From contig JARFYF010000063.1 of the NCBI GenBank assembly GCA_030265395.1, forward strand, positions 43,443,214-43,507,213: a stretch of DNA of 64,000 nucleotides, given 5' to 3'. The stretch comes from Rhina ancylostomus. Taxonomy: Eukaryota. The position numbers were made by a program, and so were the translations under genes. Position 1 is the stretch's first letter, and every line of letters starts with the position of its first letter. Positions 12,873 through 26,086 of the stretch are shown one piece after another. Below the pieces are notes generated by a model that saw only the letters and a program-made list of their open reading frames with translations, was not told the origin of the DNA and did not search any database.

Positions 12873-13692
12873 TAAGGAGCATCCTAAAAGGAGGAAAGAT
12901 GAAGAGAAAGGTAATTTACACAGAGAATTCCAAAATATAGGTAGCTCAACGTTAGGCTGTCAATGATGGGTTTGATCTGGAGACCTGATTTGGAGGAGCG
13001 CAAATGTCTATAAAGTTTGTAGAACCGGAGAAGATTTAAAAAAAAAGGTAAAGAATGATAACACAGAGGAATTTGAAAGCTAGGATGAGAATGTTAAATT
13101 TCAACTTAACTATTGAAGGCCAAGAAACGTAGTTGGTGATTGGGATTCTATATGAGTAAGAACCTAGGTCAAAGTATCTTTGACAATCTCACTTCCAGAA
13201 GGTAGGAAGAGGCAAGATGGCCAGAATTTGGTTGAAATAGTTTAGTCTACTTGTTACAAAGGTAGGGATGAGAGTTTCAACAGCAAAGAAAACTAAGGCC
13301 AGGGTTGTGTTTCAGGAATAAAAATAGGTGGTCTTACTGACTGCAGAAATGTGACTATTAGCTCATTCTCAGGATAACTAGGTTTGCAAATAGTCATTCA
13401 TTCTGCCTGGGAAAAGGAGAGATGCTTACAATTTCAAAAAGTGACTTTGTTTGATTTCAAAAGTATGTACCCTAATAAGGAAAAGCTTTTTATCTTAATG
13501 GAATAAACTCCAGGTGACTGATTTATGTTTCCTGAACAACTGACTGTTTGAATCATTCCTTGAATGATTGAGTAATTTGGCATGACTGTGATATTGGAAG
13601 AAGTAATGATGAAAGAAAGAGATTTATTTCACACTGAATAGTGATTTTATTCATGATAATTGAAATAAACTCACATAAATTCAACTACCTAC

Positions 13693-13800
13693 CTTGTACA
13701 CGGAGATTGACTTGCCTACGTGCAGTGCCAGCAGCATTCTTTGCAACACACGTGTATCTTCCTGCATGATTGAGCTCGGCAGCAGCGAACTCAATTGTTC
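13693..13800 (-). CDS. HMCN1: HMCN1 exon (108 nt, phase 1-1)
   Basis: GTIEFAAAELNHAGRYTCVAKNAAGTARRQVNLRVQ; ag/gtagg. Confidence 0.93.
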
Positions 13801-14111
13801 CTGAATTAGCAAGAAGTTGGGGAATGGAGTTTAATGTGGGAAAAGATGATGTTAACGATAATATATTTATAGTTTACTTGTGGTGCAATAAATAAATAAA
13901 TAACGATCTGTCATAAGCCACAAGGTGCCATTGGATGTGCAACTAATTAGAAAAGTAACAACATAATTAAAATGTATAATTCTTTTCTTAAAATTTAAAG
14001 TCAAAAAAAAATTTTATCTGCAGGCTGACTTAATTTCTTCTGTGTGCCTTTATATGTGAAAATATCCTTCACGTTCTTTGCATACAGCGAGCTCTATTTA
14101 TTGACTACCAA

Positions 14112-14875
14112 GCTGGAATAAAAACAGAAAATGCTGGATTTGAAACACTCAAGAGATCAGACACCATTTGTGCAGAGCCTTAGCATTTCAGAATAATGAC
14201 CTTTAATCAGAGTGGAAGAAGTTAGAGATGTTAAGTAAAGTTTTAAGTAAGTTGAGTGACAGGATAAAGAACGAAGGGGAGGAAAGAACAAAAGTGAACG
14301 TCTTTGAATTGATGGTGTGAATAGTGCAGTAATATCAGCTATTGTGTACTTTGAATATGGTCTGAAATTGAAGCAGAATGTTGAGTCCATTAGATTGTAA
14401 TGTCCCCTTACAGAAGGCTGCAGTGCTGTCTTCAAGCTCACATTGAGCTTCACTGGAACAGTAAAGGAGGCCAAGTGAGTGATGCCAGAGAGGAAATGAG
14501 GTGGACGATTAAAGTGAGAAATGACTGGAAGCTCGAAGATCATTCTTGCAAACCAAACCAACGTATTTTGCATAGCAGTCAACTATATATGTGTAAAGTA
14601 TAAAATATGTAAAGCATATGTTTCACCTTGAAGGGAAAGAAAGAGGAGTAAAAATGCATGTGTTGATTCTCCGGTGCTTGCAGAGGAAGTTATTGTGGGA
14701 AGTAGAGGAGGCTATGTATGGGTAGGTAAGGGGGTCATGCAAATTCTGAAAGGCAAGGGGAGGGGAGATGTTTTTGGTGCTGGTATCATGTAGGAGGTGG
14801 CAGATGTGGCAGAGGATCATTCATTGCATGTGAGGGTTAGTGAGCAGGAAGATGAGAGCAGAGGGAACTATGACA
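14112..14875 (-). mobile_element. Penelope-like retroelement relic (GIY-YIG C-terminal part plus terminus)
   Basis: Peptide relics IILCHICHLLHD..PPLAF, ELPVISHFN, LGLLYCSSEAQCELE..GTLQSNGLNI; degenerate hammerhead-like CTGATTAAAGGTCATTATTCTGAAATG; terminal CCAGCATTTTCTGTTTTTATT. Confidence 0.72.
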
Positions 14876-15239
14876 GTCTGAGATGGATGGTTGCATAGTT
14901 AAAATTTCTTTGGGAATTCTTGAATTTATGTTCAATATTGGCTGATAGTTTATTCTCAGCACGAGAGGAGGAAGGGCAACAAAGAGTCAGATTTGGACCA
15001 TGAGGAGAGAAGAGAGACTGTAAGCAAATTCATGGAATTCTCCATTTTAGGAAATGGGACTAACAAAGAAATAAACAAAATAACAGCTTTTTGGCAACCA
15101 AGGAATAGATTCGTATTTTTAGACTGGAAGATAATCAGTTCTTATAAATGGAAGTCTACTTTTCTCTTTCAGGTGTTGCCTGCCATGCTGTACATCTCCT
15201 GGATTTCCAGACCTTCCAGGAATGTGTTCACACTGTTAC

Positions 15240-15404
15240 CTGTGGAGAGAGTGAGATAGCCTTCTCCTTGAGCTGGCAGCCTGACCCCATCTTTGGTCCA
15301 GTGAATCCTTGGTTCTGGGACACCAGAGGCAGTGCAAGTAATAACAACTGGTGCCAATCGTGTTACCAACAAATCTGTTGCTTCATCAGCAATTGAAGGA
15401 GGAA
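15240..15404 (-). CDS. HMCN1: HMCN1 exon (165 nt, phase 1-1)
   Basis: VPPSIADEATDLLVTRLAPVVITCTASGVPEPRIHWTKDGVRLPAQGEGYLTLST; ag/gtaac. Confidence 0.94.
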
Positions 15405-15757
15405 CTAAAGAGAAAAGAAGTTATAGAGGGTTCTAAGTTAATGTTAAAAGTTAAATGGTTCTACTTGAGCTGAATCAGACAATCAAACACAACAACAACA
15501 ACTGACACTCTTGTGAAGAGGGATTTTATTGGTAAGATAAATAAGTATCTTTAATATTAGTGAACTCAACCTCCAAACACAACACATCCATCACTAACAT
15601 TTCCATTTTCACTCTGATATGAGTGTTGCAATGATACTAATGCATTGCCTATCTTCATATTTCTTACAGTGGTTAGCACTGATAAACGTTTTTGTTAACC
15701 ATGAATTAGAAATGGACCTTATCTTAACCTGGAAAATGCACAAACACAAAACACAAA

Positions 15758-15783
<26 letters not shown>
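15758..15783. repeat. (AC)n microsatellite
   Basis: Uninterrupted AC run of about 13 units. Confidence 0.9.
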
Positions 15784-15788
<5 letters not shown>

Positions 15789-16296
15789 GGTCTTTTTATT
15801 CCCATCCACATTTTTAATGAATAACTATTATTCCAAATGTAGAAATAAACATTAAATCCCACCAAATTATTAACTAAGATAAAGGAATCCAATACCGACA
15901 GATGGAATTCCATACTGAGAGGTTATTTGGGAAAAGGAGATTCAGGCAAAACAATGATTTTGTGCAACAACTGATGTGGCCTGATACATGGGACTTTAAA
16001 TTCAGCAGCAGTTGGGAAGGGATTTGGAGTGTAGCCACTCCCACTGCCCATACATCTGGATTGATAACAAAACTCACATTATCTTTTCAGACAATGGAGT
16101 CCACCAACTTCCTTTAATAAATTGTGCATTGCATTTTCATTAAAATTACTATGGGTAATATTTACTTAAAGCAAATTGATTGACAGCTATGTTAAAATAA
16201 AGCACAAAAACATGTATTAAACAGCACCGTGCTGTAAATAAATATCATGCTTTCCAAAGTGAAAAATCAGCTGCATCTTAATTTGACAGTACCCAC

Positions 16297-16418
16297 CTTG
16301 TACAGTAAGTTGGATGGCTCTTTGATCTTCCCCAGCAAAATTTGAGACTTTGCACTCGTAATGTGCAGTATCTTCCACAGTGGGTGAGATGATTACAAGA
16401 GAACCAGAGGAAAGCAGT
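16297..16418 (-). CDS. HMCN1: HMCN1 exon (122 nt, phase 2-1)
   Basis: (R)LLSSGSLVIISPTVEDTAHYECKVSNFAGEDQRAIQLTVQ; ag/gtggg. Confidence 0.94.
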
Positions 16419-17689
16419 CTGAAGCAAAAATATTCAAAAAATTAACCAATGATAAACCCTTTATTTTATCTCATTGTTTTGGTTACTGAATTTCAGTTGC
16501 TGTTCACTAATGATCAAAATAAAGCCCTAATTTTTCAAGATTAATCTTTCCCCTCTACAGGCCACTACCTAATTGATCCTCCTTCAATGTGAAAAGATGG
16601 GTAGCCTAGGCCAGTGCTACTCATGCTTTGGCCAAGTTCCAATGTCTTGCTCTAAATCTGCTCTAAGGGTTCCTGCACTGCCCTGAATCACAAGATGTTT
16701 CTGAACTTGTGCAACATGGTGAGCATTTCGACTTGCTGTAGGACAAGTGCACTCAAATCTATAATCCACTCTCAATGTGTGCACCAGCCAATCATGGCAA
16801 CCCAACCATCCACCCAGAAAAAAATCAGGGAGTGCTCCATGTCAGCCCACAAATAATAAAACACGCTGGGAATGCCGAATGGCACATGGAGCATTGGTCT
16901 TGCAGTGGGCAATGAAGGAAGGAGAAATGGGGCATATTATGAGTAAACTTCTTCCAAACTTCTGCAGAACCAGTAAAGGTGCCCCACAATCAGTTGCCAA
17001 AAACATAACTAGCTCTGAATAATCAAATAATATTTTTCTCCAACAAATCACAGCGCAACATTATCTGACTATGCTGTAATTCAGAATTATTGTGAAGCTC
17101 CTATGTATTGTTTAATACAACTCCAATGCAACAGTTTTGACTTTACTACATTAACAGAAGGACAGAATTCTTTTCAAAGAGTTTTGTCTTTCTGAGGAAG
17201 AGAGGCCAAACTAAAATCTTAATGTGGCAATAAAAGTGACCGTCCCCATTGCTGGAATTTTTAACCCTCCAATATCAACCCTCTTTATCATCCCTGAATT
17301 TAATCAATCCAAATTTGGTAGCTGTGTCTGAAACTGCCGACCCCCTGAGTTTGTAATTCCCTCTCATCACATCTCTGACTCTTTACTTCTTTGTCAANNN
17401 NNNNNNNNNNNNNNNNNNNNNNNNNNNNNNNNNNNNNNNNNNNNNNNNNNNNNNNNNNNNNNNNNNNNNNNNNNNNNNNNNNNNNNNNNNNNNNNNNNNN
17501 NNNNNNNNNNNNNNNNNNNNNNNNNNNNNNNNNNNNNNNNNNNNNNNNNNNNNNNNNNNNNNNNNNNNNACAAATGATTATCTTGTTTTACTAGTGTAAT
17601 GACCTATGTGAGCTCCAAAAGAAAAAAAGGGAGCACAGTCAGTCAAGCAAGTTCAATCCAATTTATTGTCATTGTCCTTCTGTATAGAT

Positions 17690-18080
17690 CGGCTGAGAAG
17701 TTGGTGGATGTTTGAGACGTGTTTGTAGCTTTTCAGTTCTAAGAGACGAGACTGGATTGGCTGGGTTTGTTTATCTTGGAGCAGAGCAGGCTGAAGAGGG
17801 ACCTGAGACTTTCCTCCATACCAGAGGTATCTAAGACCAGAGGACATATGTTTACAAGGGATCTGAGGGATAACCTTTTCACCCAGAAGGTAGCTGGAAT
17901 CTGGAACACACTGCCTGAGTTTGGGTGGGTGGGGGAGGTAACATTTAACAAGTATCTAGATGAGCACTTGAAACAGCCAAGGCACAGTAAGTTACAGACC
18001 AAGTGCTGGTAAAGTTGATAGTTGGCATGGGCATGGTGGGCTGAAGGGCCTGTGACTGTGCTGTACGATTCTATGACTTG
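17690..18080 (+). mobile_element. CR1-clade LINE 3' fragment
   Basis: RLDWLGLFILEQSRLKRDL..FTQKVAGIWNTLPE; tail GGTGGGCTGAAGGGCCTG..GTGCTGTACGATTCTATG. Confidence 0.8.
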
Positions 18081-18213
18081 ATAAATTATAAATGATTATT
18101 TCATAATAAAACAGTTAACATCATTTAATTTTTTTCAGGGGCAAATTCACTGAAAACATTCTACTGGACGACTTTATGAATGATTGCTTTTCATGATAAT
18201 GAGGTGCAATCAC

Positions 18214-18370
18214 CTGTACATATTTTGATTCTGATCAGTGTTGAGTAGGCGTCCATTCTTCTTCCAGCTGACTGTAGGCTTTGGGATACCAGAAGCTTCA
18301 CAAGCCAGAGTGGTCTGCACATTGACTAGAACAGTGATATTGTTGAGGCCAGGAGCAATGGATGGAGGAA
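18214..18370 (-). CDS. HMCN1: HMCN1 exon (157 nt, phase 1-2)
   Basis: VPPSIAPGLNNITVLVNVQTTLACEASGIPKPTVSWKKNGRLLNTDQNQNMY(R); ag/gtgat. Confidence 0.94.
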
Positions 18371-19300
18371 CTGGAAGAGATCAGGGAAAACTGACTTGGA
18401 CAAAAAGAACTGTGAACTTTATTGAATGCTTAAATGGAACTGTGTGGCTCAGTTGCACGGATAGATAACAATATGTGTGGGCTGCTAGGTTCTGATAACT
18501 GATCATTCATGAACAATAGGATCATAATTTAACATGCACGGTACATCCTTACTTACCCATGTATTGAAAGTGAATATGACATGTTAAACACCATATTTTC
18601 TGCTACTCATGAGCCTCTTTGGTTGCATCGGGACTTTTCATTAGAACAGTGTATAATGTAATCCAGAAAAATGAAGCATTGTTCATAAACAGATCTGAAG
18701 TATCTGATGCACAAAAATCAAACTTAACTAAAAATGTGGATGATAAGGATTGTATTGCAATTAATGAGACTTGTAAAACCCATACTATTCAAGGCAGTAG
18801 AGTATATTTGCTCATGTGAAAAATTCTCTTCCACGTTTTAATTATTTACAGTTACTTGGAAAGTGGCAAATATCTTAAAATTCCTCATGCTGTTCTAGTA
18901 CAAAATATAGAAGTTGGTTAACTATATTTTGCTCAGTCCTGTGAGATCTGAAATGTGGTATTGAGATGGTTGGTCAACCATGACTGTAACGAATGGTGGA
19001 GCGGTCTCCAGGGGTTGAATGGCTGACTCCTGCTCCTATTTTTAATGTTTCTATGTTAATCTAGAAGCAGACGGAGCTGAGATAAAAAGTGTTCCGGATG
19101 GGATTCTGGTCTGGATTATAAATGTGATTTTTACAATGAAGACATTAAGAGCTGATTCAACAGCAAAAGAAGCAGACTTCTATTTTGAAAACAGAAACTC
19201 CCTGTGCATAGGTTTGGGAATTTCAAGACCATTCGCAGCAAAGCCAATAGGATCCAAGATGTAACCAATAATTTATGCCTCTGATTTGAAATGCAGTTAC

Positions 19301-19428
19301 CATATATTTGTACATCAATTCTCCTGCGAGCTGTTCCAGCTGCGTTGGTTGCCATACACAGATAACGACCTGTATCTGTTACTAGAGCTGAGCCAATATG
19401 CAATGAACCATCCTCTGAGAAAGAATAC
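19301..19428 (-). CDS. HMCN1: HMCN1 exon (128 nt, phase 2-1)
   Basis: (R)YSFSEDGSLHIGSALVTDTGRYLCMATNAAGTARRRIDVQIY; ag/gtaac. Confidence 0.94.
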
Positions 19429-19754
19429 CTGGTTAGAAAAAAGAAACAGGTATTGTGTCTAATTAGGGCTTCTTTTTTGTCTTTTCATTAGTACTTCTTG
19501 TTTTATGTACTTCTCGATTGCAGCAGCAACACTGTGCATTTTCTCAATAACATTTTGCAAGACTCATGATCCCACGAGGTCTTGCTCAATAGCTGTCGTC
19601 CAGATTGACGCACAAATGACTGACAGGATGCAGACTTCAACTTGAGTTTTCAACACAATGTGGGCATTTGCTAATCGGAGGTTATGCACTTCCCAGATGC
19701 TCCAATACATCAAATCCTGTTGTTTGCTTTAAGTAGAGGCAATGGGTTATGGAT

Positions 19755-20810
19755 GGTGGGAACATGGTTGTGCCTTTCAAACTGGCAATCCAGAAGTCTT
19801 AACTATTAATTCAGAACTGGCAGGTTCAAATCCCACCACAGTGGTTTGAGAATTTAAGTTGTGTTTTTCATAAATTCGGAGAAGGTTCACTGTCATTAAA
19901 AGTACTACAGTTGTTACTAAAACCTAACTGGTTTGGCCACATTCTTTCAGAAAGTAATTATGCTACTTTATGTGGTCTGGCNNNNNNNNNNNNNNNNNNN
20001 NNNNNNNNNNNNNNNNNNNNNNNNNNNNNNNNNNNNNNNNNNNNNNNNNNNNNNNNNNNNNNNNNNNNNNNNNNNNNNNNNNNNNNNNNNNNNNNNNNNN
20101 NNNNNNNNNNNNNNNNNNNNNNNNNNNNNNNNNNNNNNNNNNNNNNNNNNNNNNNNNNNNNNNNNNNNNNNNNNNNNNNNNNNNNNNNNNNNNNNNNNNN
20201 NNNNNNNNNNNNNNNNNNNNNNNNNNNNNNNNNNNNNNNNNNNNNNNNNNNNNNNNNNNNNNNNNNNNNNNNNNNNNNNNNNNNNNNNNNNNNNNNNNNN
20301 NNNNNNNNNNNNNNNNNNNNNNNNNNNNNNNNNNNNNGATGACCCTATGTTGGAAATGGGGCGATTACAATGGGGGACTGAGGGATACCGGGGCAGCATG
20401 AACTCCATTTCCTGGGTATTAGCCTTTATATTCTGTGACTATTCAGTGAGTGTCACAGCAACCTAGTGGGTGTGCACACAGACATTTAGTTTTGCGTTAA
20501 TTGCATTCTTGCTTTTAACCAATTGCATGTCTGTTCTTAACTGAACCAATAAAGGTAATTGTTAGTTAATACAGATTCTCTTTGTGCCTAACCAATCACT
20601 GTTGTTGAGGGTGGAAACTGGAAACAATTCCACACCCTCACCAATGTGGTTGACACTTTGCAGTAGGTTGTACAAAACAGCCACGAAGATTGTGGTTGCA
20701 CTAAGTGGATTGCTGTGATTCAAAGAAGGCAGCCTTGCATCATATTCTCTGGACAGCTAGGAATGGTGAATAAGTACTGGTCTTGCCAGCAGTTTGCACA
20801 TCTTGTGACT
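19755..20810 (+). mobile_element. Old tRNA-headed SINE split by an internal insertion/gap (pieces about 19755-19981 and 20628-20810)
   Basis: B box GGTTCAAATCCC; the 3' piece ends in a tail resembling the LINE tail at 63165-63250. Confidence 0.55.
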
Positions 20811-21964
20811 GTAAAAATGCTTTTTAGTTAAAAGCTTCTGTTAAAANNNNNNNNNNNNNNNNNNNNNNNNNNNNNNNNNNNNNNNNNNNNNNNNNNNNNN
20901 NNNNNNNNNNNNNNNNNNNNNNNNNNNNNNNNNNNNNNNNNNNNNNNNNNNNNNNNNNNNNNNNNNNNNNNNNNNNNNNNNNNNNNNNNNNNNNNNNNNN
21001 NNNNNNNNNNNNNNNNNNNNNNNNNNNNNNNNNNNNNNNNNNNNNNNNNNNNNNNNNNNNNNNNNNNNNNNNNNNNNNNNNNNNNNNNNNNNNNNNNNNN
21101 NNNNNNNNNNNNNNNNNNNNNNNNNNNNNNNNNNNNNNNNNNNNNNNNNNNNNNNNNNNNNNNNNNNNNNNNNNNNNNNNNNNNNNNNNNNNNNNNNNNN
21201 NNNNNNNNNNNNNNNNNNNNNNNNNNNNNNNNNNNNNNNNNNNNNNNNNNNNNNNNNNNNNNNNNNNNNNNNNNNNNNNNNNNNNNNNNNNNNNNNNNNN
21301 NNNNNNNNNNNNNNNNNNNNNNNNNNNNNNNNNNNNNNNNNNNNNNNNNNNNNNNNNNNNNNNNNNNNNNNNNNNNNNNNNNNNNNNNNNNNNNNNNNNN
21401 NNNNNNNNNNNNNNNNNNNNNNNNNNNNNNNNNNNNNNNNNNNNNNNNNNNNNNNNNNNNNNNNNNNNNNNNNNNNNNNNNNNNNNNNNNNNNNNNNNNN
21501 NNNNNNNNNNNNNNNNNNNNNNNNNNNNNNNNNNNNNNNNNNNNNNNNNNNNNNNNNNNNNNNNNNNNNNNNNNNNNNNNNNNNNNNNNNNNNNCAATTC
21601 AGGAAATAAAGCCAAATGGGTCTCAGCATTGTAATTATGGTGGGAGCCCTCTCTGCATAATTCATCTTGAGAAATAACATCTATAAAACTTTGCACAGAC
21701 CACCTGGAAATTCTCAAAATGCTGTTTTAGCACTGCAAACCTTAAATAATGACTCTTGGATTCTGATGACACAGTAACTTAGTAACTTAATTTCTTGATG
21801 AGCTAAATCTCAAGTCTGTAATCTTATTGTTCCTACAATCGTGGCATCAGTTCAAAATTCAAATATTAGTTGAATTTCATAATTCCATCCATTTCTCCCA
21901 TGATTACGGATTGTGCTAATCACGGTTGTCGGAAGGTGGGAAGGATTTAAACGCATATACTCAC

Positions 21965-22106
21965 CATTTACTGCTACAGTGAACTCTCTTGTCATTTTCC
22001 CTGCAATGTTGCTTGCTACACAGATGTATTGAGCTGCATCCCCAAGCTCTGCATTATTAATCTGAAGATATCTTCCACTGGACAGGATACGTATACGAGG
22101 AGTGGC
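21965..22106 (-). CDS. HMCN1: HMCN1 exon (142 nt, phase 0-1)
   Basis: ATPRIRILSSGRYLQINNAELGDAAQYICVASNIAGKMTREFTVAVN; ag/gtgag. Confidence 0.95.
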
Positions 22107-22556
22107 CTGCAGATTTAAGTAATGAAGCATAAACTTCACAGCTGTTATGTCAAGGAATACCAGCAATAGCACAGAGACTTGAAGTGATAGGTAGAAGCCA
22201 GGCACTTGGGCTGTTCAGAATTCTAATTACTGCCTTAACTTGAGACAGAATTGAAGTAACTACTTCTGCCACAGACCACAGTTGGCCCTGTTAAGTCTGG
22301 TTTTGAGGAATCCTTTTGTTACTTATCTCATTGCTTATGGGATTTTTCTTACAAACGGATTTGCTTATGGCATTTGCTACATGCAACAATCACTGCACCA
22401 AAAAAAAATCATAGTATGCAAGGACCTATCAGATATCCAAAAACCTAAGTTTGTCTCCCTCTTCTAATGAAGCCATATACCCAAATTTTGTGTTATTGGC
22501 TATATTGTATTTATAACATTTGTGTATTGTGTCATATATCCAAATTTGGCTCCTAC

Positions 22557-22693
22557 CTTTAATGGTTTGCCATCCTTTAGCCAGGAGAGTGTTGGAGGTG
22601 GTACAGCATCAGATTTGCACTCCAGGATTACCTGTCCATTCCTGAGCACTGCCATATCCTGTGGTCCACTTTGACCAGCAATGTTTGGTGGAA
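22557..22693 (-). CDS. HMCN1: HMCN1 exon (137 nt, phase 1-0)
   Basis: VPPNIAGQSGPQDMAVLRNGQVILECKSDAVPPPTLSWLKDGKPLK; ag/gtagg. Confidence 0.95.
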
Positions 22694-23344
22694 CTGCATC
22701 AGAAGTACAACAACTCCTCAAGTAAAACTAAACAACAATGTCTAAATAAGTTCCTCCCTACTCATGGAAATAGAATCTGCTTCAGTTTTTTGTAAAATGC
22801 TAGGGTTATTACATAATCTCGGATATTATCAGCATAATGATTTCACAATTGACTTTTCCAGCTTGTATTCCATAGAAACCTGAGCTTCTAGTTCACAGAG
22901 AAGTAAAAATAGTTCAGCTCAGAGTCTAGCTACACTCAGGGCTGTGTCTCATTCCTGTGAGATCTCCAACTTAGTCGAACGTTGGAACATCACTCGATAG
23001 CCCAGTTCCCAAACAGTAGAGTTCCCCAGAACCTGCTTTACTCTACCAACAGATTGAATTTATCTATGTAATTTTCCTTTAGAACTTTGTAAGAAAACAA
23101 AACAGTGACCACAAAAAAAATAAATGTATAGAGGGGGATCAATACTCAATTCAGCAATAGTGACAAATGATTTTTTTTTGCAGGAAATTCCTTCTTTTCC
23201 CTCATTTGTGGGCAATGTAACAAGTAGTCATATCAGAATCTAACAATGCCAGGTACATCTATACACATCTGTTTTTATCTACAATGCGTTTATCAGCTTT
23301 AGAAATAAGAACTATAACAAATTAAAAAGAATATTATAATACTC

Positions 23345-23525
23345 AGAGGAAGTGGTAGACACGGGTACAATTACAACACTTAAAAGACATTTGAACAGGG
23401 ACATGGGTAGGAAAGCTTCAGAGGGATATAGGACAAGTGCAGGCAAACGGGACTGGTTCAGACAGGCAACTTGGTCAGCACAGATGAGTTGGGTTGAAGG
23501 GCTTGTTTCCGTGCTGTACAACTCC
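23345..23525 (+). mobile_element. CR1-clade LINE 3' end (5'-truncated)
   Basis: EEVVDTGTITTLKRHLNRDM, then GGGTTGAAGGGCTTGTTTCCGTGCTGTAC tail. Confidence 0.75.
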
Positions 23526-24156
23526 AGCACTAATTTAGACTGGATGGCCATGTACTTGATACTTCTTTACATTACAATGCTGGTGAAGGTAACAGTTCAA
23601 CCTCTAGCAGAATGGAAACTAGTTCTCAGATTTCTTCAAAGGCATGAGTCAGATGAGGGACCGGCCCACCTGTACTGGCAAACAGTGCAGCTTTCTTGTC
23701 ACCAATCTGACTTGACCTACTCCAACCTCTGGGGTAGCTCTGGAAACCAAAATTGAAAATCCTGATGATTTTTGATGTTCAAGCACCCGTGTATGGATGC
23801 AATTTGATGTGCACCATTAACTTAGTTCACTGCACCAGCAGCAAGGAAATAAGTCCCACATCATGTTTGGCTAATGTTACAACACCAGATTCTCCAGCAA
23901 AATGACAGAATTACATCCATTTGGCATCACTTTGTCAAATAAAAGGATTTTGAGATTTGTTGTGCTTGTTAAACCTGCGAACATTAAATGTCTCTGAGTT
24001 GCACTGCCTTGATGGAACTAGATCTGGTCAGATGTACAATGAAATTCAGTTGAAAGCCTATGCCACAAGGACAGACAATAAGCTGCATCAGTTATTCAGA
24101 ATTTGCAGAGTCAGTAAACCATCTCTATGGCACGTCCATGTATTCTGTTGACTTAC

Positions 24157-24238
24157 CATGCACCCTCACCAAATACTCTCTGTCATCATCTCCTGCTGTA
24201 CTGGATGCCAGACAAGTGTATCTACCTGTATCTTGCAC
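24157..24238 (-). CDS. HMCN1: HMCN1 exon (82 nt, phase 0-1)
   Basis: VQDTGRYTCLASSTAGDDDREYLVRVH; ag/gtaag. Confidence 0.94.
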
Positions 24239-25437
24239 CTGCCATAGGGGAAAAAAACACAAATGCCTTAAACTAATCTACATCTTTTGTTTATAATGGC
24301 CTTTTTGCATTGATGTTTTATAATTTTTTGCAAAAGCCATAATAACTGGGGAGTGAAATTTCTGAACTAAACAAAGTGTGGATGTGATAGACATCTCACA
24401 TCACTTCTGTGAAACAATCGCTATGCTAGATTCTTAAAACCTTATAACTTTTCACTTTCATTGAAGAACCACGTAGACATGGTGAGGAAACCTCTTTGTG
24501 CCTGGCCAAAAACTGATGCAGAGGTACACCAGCAATTGTACTGCATAGGTTATGCAGCACTGTACCAAAATATATCTAAGTATTTTCCTTTAAGAATACT
24601 GCAATAAACCAGTAAATTAACTTCACAAAACGTACATACGAGGGAAAAGAAACTTTAGCATGTAATAACCAGCCCTGATTAGTCTGAATGGACTATTTCA
24701 TTGCTCGCTCATTAATTTTGAACTTGGTGATCAGACTTGAAAAGGGTTTAGTTTAATCTTTACAGGATAAATCATCAGAGAAAAGAGTGATACATTTTGA
24801 AATTAGGAACCAGAAAACAGAGGACACAATCCACAAAATGCAAGGATTTCTGTGGATCGATATTTATGTTGGACATGAAATGGGCACATTTACACATTTT
24901 AATCAAACTGCATTAATTTGTAAATTACAAGTGTGGCAGTTAAAAACCAGTGATGCCAGATAAAACTGTGATTAGCAGTGTGCAAGCAGTTTGTGGGAGA
25001 AGCCTTACACTTGCTCTGGAATACTGCAAAGCCCAGTGTATAAGTCACTGCATATTTGGGGACTTCAATTTTAGCAAATGTTACTTTAAAATTCCTCTGT
25101 ATTCTGCCATAAACTGCTCAGTACCCATGTGGTTGAGAACTGCACTCTCAGTACAGGGGGATAGGAAATCTTGCAGCCTGGATCACAAGGTTTGCAAAGT
25201 CTATAAAGCCTTAGCTTGACCTTAGGATCACTACCTGCAGCCCATGGACAGCAGTAGAGTAGGCACAGAGCATTTCCTTTTACCCCACCAGGTCCTTTAC
25301 CAATGAAGCAGTGAGACTGAATACACCAAAGGGAATTACGTGCAGGGAAATTGCAGGAAGGAAGAGTAGCAAGGAACTTGTTGGCCAAGTCTGGTCCAGG
25401 TTTGAGATAATGATGGATGGGGGGGGAGGGGGTTGGG

Positions 25438-25500
25438 GAGATAGAGAGAAATAGATGGATGGATAGATAGATACAGATAGAGAGAAATAAAGATAGAGAG
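25438..25500. repeat. Imperfect (GATA/GGAT/GA)n simple repeat
   Basis: GAGATAGAGAGAAATAGATGGATGGATAGATAGATACAGATAG... Confidence 0.7.
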
Positions 25501-25889
25501 TGTGAAAACCACTCCAGCCATTGGGAATATGACTCCTGCTGATGGTGCAACCCGTTGTGTGGGAAATCTTTCCAAAACACACATTTGTGTCTGAGTAACA
25601 CCAGTGTATAATTGCACCCTCTTTTAGGCCCATCAAAAATATTTAATAAGTAACTAATACACTGGACTTTAAGAACTTAAAGGCAGACTGTTGGGATTTG
25701 TTAGTTTTAATTCCACAATGGTGCAAATGGTAATATTATCTCCTTGTGAACTTGAAAATATTTGATAATACCTTATTTAATTAGAGTGATTGTAGATCAT
25801 TTAATTCCGGGCTACATTTCCCCATGGTAATAATTACAGGTGAAAAATTACAGAAATAGAGTCAATTTGAATAGGGGCTTGCACCGCAC

Positions 25890-26086
25890 CTGAGCATTCT
25901 CTATTCTCAACACTTCGCCACCATGAAGAACGTGAATGGTGTCTGTCTGAGGCAGTGGCCGTCCATCCTTAATCCAGGTCAGTTTAGGAGATGGGATGCC
26001 AGTGGCAACACAGTGAAGTTCTAAGGGATTGTTCACCACCACAGAGGTCTCCTCTGCAAAATCAGAGCCATTGATACGAGGTGGAT
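25890..26086 (-). CDS. HMCN1: HMCN1 exon (197 nt, phase 1-0)
   Basis: DPPRINGSDFAEETSVVVNNPLELHCVATGIPSPKLTWIKDGRPLPQTDTIHVLHGGEVLRIENAQ; ag/gtgcg. Confidence 0.94.

Noticed and set aside
16617-16805. YRFECTC..KHL peptide reminiscent of a GIY-YIG N-terminus
   Set aside because: The Y(I/V)G motif and flanking PLE context are absent; the resemblance is too short to support
19911-21717. Long ORFs of 143-297 aa in the ORF track
   Set aside because: They are made almost entirely of X from N gaps and are artefacts; the same applies at 7744-8130, 17391-17594 and 56660-57268
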